Virus record (IMG/VR): IMGVR_UViG_3300027906_000011
Strand: one strand, 5' to 3'
Length of the DNA stretch: 20,000 nucleotides
DNA from: an uncultured virus (IMG/VR IMGVR_UViG_3300027906_000011)
Taxonomy: Duplodnaviria > Heunggongvirae > Uroviricota > Caudoviricetes
In this document: one piece after another, positions 1 through 7,644 of the stretch
Layout of the letters: the number at the start of each line of letters is the position of its first letter
Position numbering within the stretch: the stretch's first letter is position 1
Position numbers and translations under genes: made by a program
Notes under the pieces: model-generated
Seen by the model: the letters and a program-made list of their open reading frames with translations, nothing else
What the model was told of the DNA's origin: nothing
Database searches by the model: none

Positions 1-823
1 CAGCAGCTTCAATAGCTGACCGTGTTGCGTATGTCACGCTCTCATTATTACCCACGCCGTCCTCAAACTCGACTAGTTGTGTTCCTTCTTCAATGAATCG
101 GAATACATCTCCCCCAGCACCATAAGAAAGAATAGTCTTTCTTGTTTGGACATTCAATAATACTTCTCCTGTGAGAACACTAACAGCCCTCATAGAAATT
201 GTCACAGCATCTTGACGATACTGTTTACTAAATCCAATCCCGAGAGTTCTTGCGCCTCGACCTCCGGTTAGTAGATTAGAATCATAACCAATTACACCAC
301 CCTCTATTATAATACCTGCGAAGAGCAGAGGTTGGATGCCTTGTGCTTCTGTTTCTGTAGCAGCAGCAAAATCTTGTCTGGCAGAACGAATAATCTGCCT
401 CTCTCTAACTAAGTTGTCTATACCACCTCTCTCGACAACTCTAAACCATTTCCCGCCACCGGCGGTTTTAAGTGCATCAATTACCATTGCCTCAGCACCT
501 TGTGAGACTGCGGTAGAGAATGATGCAATATTATCTTCTGACTTTCTTTGACCTGTTTTATCTAAGAACTTATAGACTGCAACCACTGGCATAGTTTCAG
601 CAGGTGGTAAGTTTAATAATTCTAGGTGGGCAGGAAGTCTTATTACTTCTGGCATGTCAACACAAATATACTTCCTAGACATAATTTTATTAATGCCTGT
701 GAGTATATCTTTGTTGAATCCTTCTGAGTATGTGCAATCTTGTGGTTCATAGGAGAACTTCGGTATTGATGCACAACCCGATAAAAGAAGTAGACTTAGT
801 ATGAAATACTTAGCCAGACCCAT
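1..823 (-). CDS. csgG: CsgG-family curli secretion outer-membrane lipoprotein channel (3' end truncated by window edge; missing from ORF track)
   Basis: Manual translation from ATG at 823: MGLAKYFILSLLLLSGC (lipobox LSGC), then LLNLPP..PVVAVYKFLDKTGQRK..SFSTAVSQGAEAMVIDALKTAG..WFRVVERGGIDNLVRERQIIR, and near position 1 GNNESVTYATRSAIEAA. These are typical CsgG motifs. Follows the csgF-like gene. Confidence 0.92.
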   Translation of the reverse strand, partial: MGLAKYFILSLLLLSGCASIPKFSYEPQDCTYSEGFNKDILTGINKIMSRKYICVDMPEVIRLPAHLELLNLPPAETMPVVAVYKFLDKTGQRKSEDNIASFSTAVSQGAEAMVIDALKTAGGGKWFRVVERGGIDNLVRERQIIRSARQDFAAATETEAQGIQPLLFAGIIIEGGVIGYDSNLLTGGRGARTLGIGFSKQYRQDAVTISMRAVSVLTGEVLLNVQTRKTILSYGAGGDVFRFIEEGTQLVEFEDGVGNNESVTYATRSAIEAA

Positions 824-1325
824 CGCCTTCACCTGTTCCATCAGAATCTTGTCCAAAGTTTCCTGATCCTATTGGTATTTCTAAGATAGTTTCTGTTCCA
901 TCTTCTCCAATAATAGTCATTCGAATAAATTCAGAACCATCAGCGTTGGTGATTACTTCATATGTCACTGTTGAACCCTCTAATACAAATGAACCAAAAC
1001 GAACACCAGTATCATTTGAAAACATAGATTCGACTAATTGTTTAGCCATTTGTGCATATATTCTTGACTCTAAATTACGAATGAATTTAGCAAGGGTTGT
1101 ATTATCTTCAGCTCTTTCAGCTGACTTTCTAGCAGACTCTAATGCATCTTCAATTTCTTTCTTACGAGTGAACTCTTGGTTCTCAACGGTAAGATAATGA
1201 GATGCAGTTCCTTTTCCACTAAACGATGGATTCTTGAACTCATGTTTGATTGGTGATGCACTCAAAGGTGCTACTAGTATTAATGTTAATAAGACTAAAT
1301 TAGTTGTCTTTAGTATCATCTTCAT
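810..1325 (-). CDS. csgF: CsgF-like curli assembly protein
   Basis: Signal peptide (..APLSAS) followed by HEFKNPSFSG, resembling the CsgF N-terminal FxNPxFGG pore-binding motif. Later LESRIYAQMAKQL segment. Overlaps csgG start. Start moved to ATG 1325, which has a GGAG RBS. Confidence 0.8.
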   Translation of the reverse strand: MKMILKTTNLVLLTLILVAPLSASPIKHEFKNPSFSGKGTASHYLTVENQEFTRKKEIEDALESARKSAERAEDNTTLAKFIRNLESRIYAQMAKQLVESMFSNDTGVRFGSFVLEGSTVTYEVITNADGSEFIRMTIIGEDGTETILEIPIGSGNFGQDSDGTGEGDGSG

Positions 1326-1641
1326 TTGGTTTCTCCCTAAGTGCAAGAGCCTGTTTATACTCTAACACTGTATTTAATTTTTCTTGCAATCTTATCTGGT
1401 CTTGGTCTAACATTCTCATTTGGTCGATAAGTCTTACAAGGACCGTTTGTTGTTTACCCAACTGCGGTTCTAATTCTTCCGTCACAAATTTCCAGACAAA
1501 GTAGATAAAATATCCCATTGCAAGAGCAATTATAATTGGGAATCCAAACTCATTGAGCATGTCTGCAACAGGAGAAAGATAATCAAGTTCTAAATCTGTT
1601 ATATCTTCTATTTCGCTTGCGCTGTTAATCTCTTCTTGCAT
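1300..1641 (-). CDS. Small single-TM membrane protein with helical C-terminus; paralog of 1625-1918
   Basis: EFGFPIIIALAMGYFIYFVWKF hydrophobic helix followed by a heptad-like tail; overlaps both neighbours. Confidence 0.75.
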   Translation of the reverse strand: MQEEINSASEIEDITDLELDYLSPVADMLNEFGFPIIIALAMGYFIYFVWKFVTEELEPQLGKQQTVLVRLIDQMRMLDQDQIRLQEKLNTVLEYKQALALREKPNEDDTKDN

Positions 1642-1918
1642 CTATGTTTCCATCCTCTACAAAATTTTCAGACCGTGCTACTCTGTCCAAATCTGGTCTT
1701 AACTCCAGAGTTTGTGAAATGAGTAAGTCGATTTTTAATATGTCATTATTCATAACTCTTGCCCTATCTTCTAGCATGGTAATAATACCTGTTAGACCTT
1801 TAACATTGTCAAGCACACCCTCAAGGATATACTTCAAGGTTAAGAATATGAAGAACGCCATAACAAGAGAACCAAAGATTGGCGCTCCGACTTCAGCTAA
1901 AAATTCTATCCAGTTCAT
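1625..1918 (-). CDS. Small single-TM membrane protein; first gene of the csgF/csgG operon
   Basis: EVGAPIFGSLVMAFFIFLTLKY hydrophobic helix; begins just downstream of the late promoter at 1933-1940. Confidence 0.78.
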   Translation of the reverse strand: MNWIEFLAEVGAPIFGSLVMAFFIFLTLKYILEGVLDNVKGLTGIITMLEDRARVMNNDILKIDLLISQTLELRPDLDRVARSENFVEDGNIDARRD

Positions 1919-1932
1919 AATATTTACACCCT

Positions 1933-1940
1933 TATTTATG
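1933..1940 (-). promoter_or_regulatory. T4-type late (gp55) promoter CATAAATA
   Basis: One mismatch from TATAAATA; lies between a terminator and ATG 1918. Confidence 0.65.
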
Positions 1941-1975
1941 TAAATCGGCCATTCAGTTTTATAAATTTAGGCCAT

Positions 1976-1998
1976 AAAAAAAGGGACCCGAAGGTCCC
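1976..1998 (-). terminator. Rho-independent terminator with C(UUCG)G tetraloop
   Basis: Minus strand GGGACC-TTCG-GGTCCC-TTTTTTT, downstream of ORF 2023-2355. Confidence 0.93.
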
Positions 1999-2022
1999 CT
2001 CTTTAAAATCCGTAAGGATTAA

Positions 2023-2355
2023 TTATAATTCATCAGCATCGTTGCCATCAGAATCATCGTTTTTCAATTGAGAGTGTATCTCATTAATCACTTGCGCTTT
2101 TGTTCCACTCTTCTTAATTTTAAGAGAGTTTTTATCAGCGAGGTCAAGAAGTTGAACTTTGGTTAATGTTTTCAGTTCAGCTTTGGAAGTAATTCCATTA
2201 TCGTTCTTGTCAGCGACTACTGGTGCCGGTGCCGGTGTTGGCTTCGGTCTAGGTGCTGGTGTTGAACTAGTTTTACCACTTGATCCTTTGTCATCTGCAA
2301 AGAAAGCGAAGTAAATAATAACTCCTAACACTACAATTGCAATTGCGTATTCCAT
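2023..2355 (-). CDS. Membrane-anchored protein with Pro-rich linker and C-terminal Rho_N/HeH-like small helical domain
   Basis: N-terminal TM helix; PAPRPKPTPAPAP linker; ELKTLTKVQLLDLA..KSGTKAQVINEI resembles a helix-extension-helix pattern; RBS AGGAG; own promoter and terminator. Confidence 0.7.
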   Translation of the reverse strand: MEYAIAIVVLGVIIYFAFFADDKGSSGKTSSTPAPRPKPTPAPAPVVADKNDNGITSKAELKTLTKVQLLDLADKNSLKIKKSGTKAQVINEIHSQLKNDDSDGNDADEL

Positions 2356-2385
2356 AATATACTCCTATTTCAATTATGAAACTCC

Positions 2386-2414
2386 ATGGTATCAGAGCTT
2401 GATGTAATTGACAA
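2386..2414 (-). promoter_or_regulatory. sigma70-type promoter TTGTCA-17-TACCAT with TGn extension
   Basis: Minus strand AAAAACCCCC TTGTCA ATTACATCAAGCTCTGA TACCAT, upstream of ORF 2355. Confidence 0.6.
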
Positions 2415-2428
2415 GGGGGTTTTTAGAT

Positions 2429-2605
2429 TTATTTGTCCTTTGCTTTACCAACATTCAATGCGAACCAATCAAGGATGCCATAAGCCTTCTTAACTAGACC
2501 ATCGTCTATTGGAGTTGGAGTAAGAGCTGCAATTAAAGATGCACCTGCTACTAACCAAGGGATCAATTGTAGCCAACCGACTACCCATGTAAGAAATTCT
2601 AACAT
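2429..2605 (-). CDS. 58-aa small membrane protein (possibly holin-like); missing from ORF track
   Basis: Manual translation MLEFLTWVVGWLQLIPWLVAGASLIAALTPTPIDDGLVKKAYGILDWFALNVGKAKDK; RBS ACGGAG; late promoter upstream. Confidence 0.8.
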   Translation of the reverse strand: MLEFLTWVVGWLQLIPWLVAGASLIAALTPTPIDDGLVKKAYGILDWFALNVGKAKDK

Positions 2606-2649
2606 ATTTATCTCCGTTATTATTATAGTTAATTATTATTAACGGCTGG

Positions 2650-2657
2650 TATTTATG
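2650..2657 (-). promoter_or_regulatory. T4-type late promoter CATAAATA overlapping the regA stop codon
   Basis: Near-consensus motif about 45 nt upstream of ATG 2605. Confidence 0.6.
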
Positions 2658-3060
2658 AAATAGGGTTCCCAATTGAGTATTTTTGGGTGAGTTTCCACTC
2701 GCTTTTCTCTTTATAAGGTATAACTTTTATCTGAGAAAGTGGTGCTCTTGGTTCTGCGATTGCAGTAGGAATAACTACTGATACTAGATTCCATTGTCTT
2801 AGTAGGTCAACAATAGTGTTTCTTCTACCTACATCCGACTCATCGAAGTTGGTTGGTTTACCATCTAGTTTGAATAGTTCTTTGAAGTGGACAATGTAAT
2901 ACTTGCCCTTTTTGTGTAGTATGTGACATGATTGAAACAGTTCTTTTTCTTTCCTGGATGCCACACCTATACGAGATAAGGTTTCTCTTATCTTTAGGAA
3001 GTCGTCCTTTTCAGGAAATGTGATTTCTATTAGTTCTTTTACTAAATCGTATTCATCCAT
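2653..3060 (-). CDS. regA: Translational repressor RegA
   Basis: DDFLKIRETLSRIGVAS..LFQSCHILHKKGKYYIVHFKELFKLDG..RRNTI; follows gp62 as in T4. Start set to ATG 3060. Confidence 0.96.
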   Translation of the reverse strand: MDEYDLVKELIEITFPEKDDFLKIRETLSRIGVASRKEKELFQSCHILHKKGKYYIVHFKELFKLDGKPTNFDESDVGRRNTIVDLLRQWNLVSVVIPTAIAEPRAPLSQIKVIPYKEKSEWKLTQKYSIGNPIS

Positions 3061-3445
3061 TATTCTTGCCACCAATATTCATATTGTTTTTCAATTCACG
3101 ATACTGTTTATCATTTAACAACTCTAGATATTCTTTGGCTTTTTGTGTCGATACACCAAAGGCATTCTTCACTGTATCTAATTTCTTACTCTCGTAAGGT
3201 TTATGCCATTTCGAAAATCTCTTTCGTTTTCTAAGAGTATTTATGAAAAACAAGTATTGAAGACGACCATCAGCACCATGTCTGATGTTCATCTCGTTTA
3301 CTAGAAAAACAGAATCTTGATGATAAGATAATGCTTTATTGATTAAGAATGGTTGATAGGCTTTCTCTTCGATATCATCAACCATGATATCTTTTTTGTC
3401 GTAAGAGACCGACTTAACAAAATCGAATGGATTTCTTTTACCCAT
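3053..3445 (-). CDS. gp62: Clamp loader small subunit gp62
   Basis: YQPFLINKALS..NEMN..LQYLFFINTLRKRKRFSKW motif; gp44-gp62-regA synteny. Confidence 0.92.
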   Translation of the reverse strand: MGKRNPFDFVKSVSYDKKDIMVDDIEEKAYQPFLINKALSYHQDSVFLVNEMNIRHGADGRLQYLFFINTLRKRKRFSKWHKPYESKKLDTVKNAFGVSTQKAKEYLELLNDKQYRELKNNMNIGGKNNG

Positions 3446-3446
3446 T

Positions 3447-3722
3447 TTATCTTTGTTGATTTCTTATATATGAATAGACAAGTTCTTGTCCTTTCTTCGC
3501 TTCACCGAATCTATGAATCTCTTTGCCGTTCTTTGACCTGACAATCACACCGTTATTGTATTGAATGTCGGTGACATTAGTTCCATCTGCTGTGTCTTCT
3601 GGTCTATCGTCATACCAACACGATTGTAAACTGTGGATATGAATTGATTTAAAACCCCATGCCCACTCCTCAGCGGCCAATAAGTCTCTTTGAAATTGAA
3701 CTCTATCATCAAATTGAGTCAT
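3447..3722 (-). CDS. Hypothetical protein inserted between gp44 and gp62
   Basis: 91-aa ORF with GAGGG RBS that fills the gap and ends 1 nt before the gp62 start. Confidence 0.7.
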   Translation of the reverse strand: MTQFDDRVQFQRDLLAAEEWAWGFKSIHIHSLQSCWYDDRPEDTADGTNVTDIQYNNGVIVRSKNGKEIHRFGEAKKGQELVYSYIRNQQR

Positions 3723-3771
3723 AATTTTCCCTCTCTACTAAAAAAACACCAAAAGATTAACCATAGTGTTC

Positions 3772-4713
3772 TCATTTGAATTTACACTCACTCATAATCT
3801 CAGTGAGACATGCAACAAAATTGATTTCACTGTCCATTGCAAATGCAGATTTGTATTGATAATCAGCAATGAATAATACAGCGGCAGGTATTGAACTTGG
3901 TTCAAGTCTTTGTTCTAATGAGTTGAATACCTTCCTATATAGAGTATTGAAGTCATTATCTGAATTCTGTCCGACCCATTTTCTCATACCAGACCAATTC
4001 TTATCTGCAATCATATCAATTAAAGGTGTAAGCTTTTCTTCTGATAATGTCGCTAGTAGACCACTATCTATTACACCACTCGCACCATATCTCTGGACTT
4101 CGTTGATACATCGTCTGAAATCTGGAAAGAATTTCATAATAAGTTCTACTAGAACCTTTTCGTCATATTCTATATTCTCTTCTTTACAGATATGCTTTAA
4201 TCTATCTAATGCACCCATAGCAAGAGTTTGTTTCTCATTATTAGGTATCGCAAAATCTATAACAGTGCATCTACTATGAAGTGGTGCAATGATACGATTC
4301 TTATAATTACAGGTGAATATGAATCTACAGTTTGAAGAGAACTCCTCTATGAAGTTTCTCAATGCAGGTTGAACTGACTCAGCAGATATGTAATCTGCCT
4401 CATCTAAAATAACTACTTTAGAACCACCAGAAAGTGATACTGTTGATGCAAAGTTTTTGATTTTAGTTCGCAAAGTGTCGATAAGTCGGCCCTCATCACT
4501 GCCATTGATGACAATAAAATCAGCTCCTAACTCATTACACAACGCCTTAGCGATGGTTGTTTTGCCTGTTCCGGCAGTTCCACACAATAACAGATTCGGT
4601 ATTTCTTGATTATCTACGAACTCTGCAAAGGTTTTCTTAACTCCCTTAGGCAATATTGTATCGATGACTGTCTGTGGTCGATACTTTTCTACATATAAAA
4701 ATTCTTGACTCAT
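3772..4713 (-). CDS. gp44: Clamp loader AAA+ subunit gp44
   Basis: VEKYRP, Walker A GTAGTGKT, Walker B ILDEAD, SRC motif, FPDFRR. Confidence 0.97.
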   Translation of the reverse strand: MSQEFLYVEKYRPQTVIDTILPKGVKKTFAEFVDNQEIPNLLLCGTAGTGKTTIAKALCNELGADFIVINGSDEGRLIDTLRTKIKNFASTVSLSGGSKVVILDEADYISAESVQPALRNFIEEFSSNCRFIFTCNYKNRIIAPLHSRCTVIDFAIPNNEKQTLAMGALDRLKHICKEENIEYDEKVLVELIMKFFPDFRRCINEVQRYGASGVIDSGLLATLSEEKLTPLIDMIADKNWSGMRKWVGQNSDNDFNTLYRKVFNSLEQRLEPSSIPAAVLFIADYQYKSAFAMDSEINFVACLTEIMSECKFK

Positions 4714-4714
4714 A

Positions 4715-4816
4715 TTAAAAAGAACAAACCCCTCCGATTGTTCGTGTATTAGACCAATGATGATGAGACTCTAATACTCCCATGAAAAGAGCGGAGACTG
4801 GCGCTTTTTCACACAT
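4715..4816 (-). other. Structured intergenic element (three tandem hairpins) coinciding with a possible 33-aa ORF
   Basis: Stems GTGAAAAAGCG/CGCTCTTTTCAT, GTATTAGA/TCTAATAC and GAACAA/TTGTTC followed by a T-run. ORF MCEKAPVSALFMGVLESHHHWSNTRTIGGVCSF with AGGA upstream. Confidence 0.5.
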
Positions 4817-4834
4817 TGTTATATCCTATATATG

Positions 4835-5500
4835 TTAGGCGTTGTAAGAACTATCAGGTTCTAACGCAATAAAATACTCTAAGTCGATATCTTTATTTTT
4901 GAAATGAGATATCCCTTTAGATGATACAGCAACTGAGTAGTTGCCATCTAAAACTTTCAAGTTCTCAATCTTGAAGTTCATTGTAAATGAATTACCATTT
5001 CCTTCTCCTACAGTTCTAGAGAATGTATTAGAAGTTGGATTCTTTTTATCTGTGACTTGCATATCAATTTTGGTACCATCAGATGTCATAATCAAATCAT
5101 TGACACCTAGAACTGAAGCAGCCTTCTGTAATTCAGTTAGTAATGTTGATGATAAATCTATATTGATTTCTGAGTCAGGCATTGTAATCATCTTCTCTAC
5201 AGTAGTGACCATGCCCTCAGATGCATAGAAATAAGTTAGAGATGTATCTGCATCTGCAATAGTCAATGAATTCTCATTGAAATTGAAGTCTGGATTCTCC
5301 GTCAAACTTATTGCACCTAGAAATTCTACTAGGTTGTATATACTAAATTCTTGTCCGAATGTTTCTGGAACAGTTGCGACAGCAAGAATGTTTTTCATAT
5401 TAGATATCGTCTTAAGTTGATTACCTTCACCAACTTTGATACCCGAATTAATTGTAGCGAAGTTTTTTAATATCGCTTTGGTTTCACTTGAAATTTTCAC
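4835..5500 (-). CDS. gp45: Sliding clamp gp45
   Basis: KISSETKAILKNFATINSGI..FSIYNLVEFL..LEYFIALE; GTG start at 5500 with RBS AAGGAG; upstream of gp44. Confidence 0.95.
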   Translation of the reverse strand: MKISSETKAILKNFATINSGIKVGEGNQLKTISNMKNILAVATVPETFGQEFSIYNLVEFLGAISLTENPDFNFNENSLTIADADTSLTYFYASEGMVTTVEKMITMPDSEINIDLSSTLLTELQKAASVLGVNDLIMTSDGTKIDMQVTDKKNPTSNTFSRTVGEGNGNSFTMNFKIENLKVLDGNYSVAVSSKGISHFKNKDIDLEYFIALEPDSSYNA

Positions 5501-5783
5501 TTTCAGTCTCCTTAAATGTATCGTGATTATATAAAGCAAGAAATCCATAATGGATAACTTTCAACAGGTCGGCACGATTATAACCTTCCTTCTTTCCGTA
5601 TCGTTGGGCATATTTCAAAATATTCCCAATACAAAATCCTTCTCCATGACCACCATCCATAATGAACTCTGTGGCCTGAAATCTTTCTTTTGAGTAGTGT
5701 TGTTCATAAGTCTTATCTACATAAGAAGAGAACTCTTTAATTAGAGCTCTCTCGTTATATTTGTAGTCTATGTTTTTACTCAT
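5484..5783 (-). CDS. DUF3310/SaV-like conserved phage protein
   Basis: QHYS..GEGFCIGNILKYAQRYGKKEG..DLLKVIHY matches the HY...F..GN..KY..R.G.K...DL.K pattern. Start set to ATG 5783. Confidence 0.75.
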   Translation of the reverse strand: MSKNIDYKYNERALIKEFSSYVDKTYEQHYSKERFQATEFIMDGGHGEGFCIGNILKYAQRYGKKEGYNRADLLKVIHYGFLALYNHDTFKETESENFK

Positions 5784-7026
5784 CTGTTCCATTATACTCT
5801 TCAACCTCTGGTTCGTCAATGGGGTTTTCTTCTTCTAAATGAACTCCCTCATCAACTTTGGTGTAAAGGTCAAGAACAGCAGCCCTAGTTTCTTCATCGA
5901 ATCTAGAGATACACATTGTAATTGACTTAAGTTTGTCGTTAAACATTCTGTAAGCATTAACTATGTGAACTAACCTTCTGGTTGTTATCACATCATCAAT
6001 GGCGCCTTCATAATAAGTCTTTCTGATTATGTCAGCCCAATCTACAAGTTTCTTTGCAAAATCTTCATCAACTTCGCCACTCAAAGCCATTTCTTTTTTA
6101 AGAATGTTTCTTTCAGTAGTCACTGGTGGATATTCTTGTTGCATTGTAATTGCAAATCTTTCAAGCATCGCCTCGTTCATAATCTGAGTCCCTATGAACT
6201 TGCCATCTTCTGAACCTTGACCCTTGGTGTTTGCAGTCGCAACGACTGTGAACCCAGGTGTTGGTGTCACCCACTCACCAGTCTTTTTGATTAAGTATCC
6301 TTTCCCTTCAAGAACTGATTGTAAGCACATCATTTTATTTGACCCTAAGTCAACTTCATCTAGAAGTAAGACAGCGCCTTTTCTCATCGCCTTGATAACA
6401 GGGCCTTCTCTAAAGATAATGTTTCCATTTTGAAGAGTGTGACCACCCATTAAATCATCTTCATCAGTTTCAATGGTAATGTTGACTCTGTAAAGTTCTC
6501 TTTTTAATTGAGCACATGTTTGTTCAATCATAAGAGTTTTACCATTTCCTGAAAGACCAGTCACGAAAACTGGAAAGAAGAGTTTAGATTTAAGAATGTT
6601 TTTAACATCTTTAGCATGTCCAAAAGGAACATAATTAATCATCTTCTCAGGAATAATTTTTACATTATCGTCAATCAGATTCACTGATTGAGTAGCAGCG
6701 GCAACAGGCATGTTCGCAACTTGTGGTTGAGGAACAGTGGCAACTTTTACAGTTTCAGGTTGTTGAACTGCAACAGTTGTGCCATTATTATCTACTGCGA
6801 GAATCGGTTGAAGATTGAAAACAGCACCATCTTTAAAATTGTATCTGTTTGATTTCAACCAGTAAGGAAAATGTCCCAAATCATTGAATTGTTCTTTAGT
6901 GAACTGCAATTGATTAGGATATTTCGATTTCAATGCCGTGATAAATTCTTTTCTATCAGGCGTCATGTGGAAGTTTTGACCACCTATGTCGATTGACTCG
7001 GTTGGGTCATATGTCCATTTACTCAT
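5776..7026 (-). CDS. CobS-like / MoxR-type AAA+ ATPase
   Basis: Walker A GLSGNGKT, Walker B LLLDEVD, ATANTKG, NEAMLERF, ITTRRLV; extra N-terminal domain; RBS CGGAG. Confidence 0.9.
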   Translation of the reverse strand: MSKWTYDPTESIDIGGQNFHMTPDRKEFITALKSKYPNQLQFTKEQFNDLGHFPYWLKSNRYNFKDGAVFNLQPILAVDNNGTTVAVQQPETVKVATVPQPQVANMPVAAATQSVNLIDDNVKIIPEKMINYVPFGHAKDVKNILKSKLFFPVFVTGLSGNGKTLMIEQTCAQLKRELYRVNITIETDEDDLMGGHTLQNGNIIFREGPVIKAMRKGAVLLLDEVDLGSNKMMCLQSVLEGKGYLIKKTGEWVTPTPGFTVVATANTKGQGSEDGKFIGTQIMNEAMLERFAITMQQEYPPVTTERNILKKEMALSGEVDEDFAKKLVDWADIIRKTYYEGAIDDVITTRRLVHIVNAYRMFNDKLKSITMCISRFDEETRAAVLDLYTKVDEGVHLEEENPIDEPEVEEYNGTDE

Positions 7027-7060
7027 AATTTGTCTCCGTTATTATTTTCATCATGTGTCC

Positions 7061-7090
7061 ATCCTACTAAAAAGTATGGCCTATTGTCAA
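7061..7090 (-). promoter_or_regulatory. Phage early sigma70-type promoter (copy 1)
   Basis: TTGACA ATAGGCCATACTTTTTAG TAGGAT (18-nt spacer). Confidence 0.8.
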
Positions 7091-7644
7091 CCATTTAGAG
7101 GAAATCTTTTTAAGAAATTTCTATTAAAGTTACCATTAATATACTTCTCATTAATATATTTGAATGTAATTTCTGCATCACCCAATTGAGTGTGAGTTGA
7201 TTTTGGGGTCACATTTTTACTTCTTAATCTGTTTCTATTGATAGTCTCATCTATCTTTGGAATTATCATTGTGTCATTTAGATTACAAGATAATATATAA
7301 ATTATTCTTCCCTTCTTTGACCACCCAGCGAGAACAAACTCCTGGTCTGATTTTTCAAGTTTTTCTAATTTCTCATAACAGTCAGTAGAGGTCCATGAAG
7401 CTGCACCACACAAAGGTGTAGCAGTTTCACACTTAATTTCAACAGGTCTTTTGTTGTTTAAAGCGTCTTCGCCATGGATTGATTCATTTGATTGTTCATA
7501 ACCTAATACATTAGTGACTATCTTTTCTTTAAGTTCACCAGATGCAAAGTTCTCTAGAATGTCTTGAACATAAGGATATATTGCATCGTCTATTCTTTCA
7601 CCAATAGCATATGCAGTATATCCTTTTAGAACATCGCTGTTCAT
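7087..7644 (-). CDS. Putative PD-(D/E)XK (restriction-endonuclease-fold) nuclease
   Basis: Helical E (GELKE), then HGEDA..PVEIKC, giving a D...ExK active-site pattern. Confidence 0.55.
   Translation of the reverse strand: MNSDVLKGYTAYAIGERIDDAIYPYVQDILENFASGELKEKIVTNVLGYEQSNESIHGEDALNNKRPVEIKCETATPLCGAASWTSTDCYEKLEKLEKSDQEFVLAGWSKKGRIIYILSCNLNDTMIIPKIDETINRNRLRSKNVTPKSTHTQLGDAEITFKYINEKYINGNFNRNFLKRFPLNG

Noticed and set aside
2490..2672. 60-aa minus-strand ORF in the track
   Set aside because: Overlaps the regA end and a promoter. The alternative frame 2429-2605 has an RBS and a coherent membrane-protein sequence.
4755..4812. Plus-strand TGATGAG...GAAA resembling a hammerhead ribozyme core
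   Set aside because: Lacks the CUGANGA cytosine and a stem II between the two elements.
5501..5548. Longer N-terminus for gp45 given in the track (similarly for regA, csgF, the DUF3310-like gene and ORF 11505)
   Set aside because: Downstream starts have better RBS placement and/or smaller overlaps, and fit the expected protein starts.
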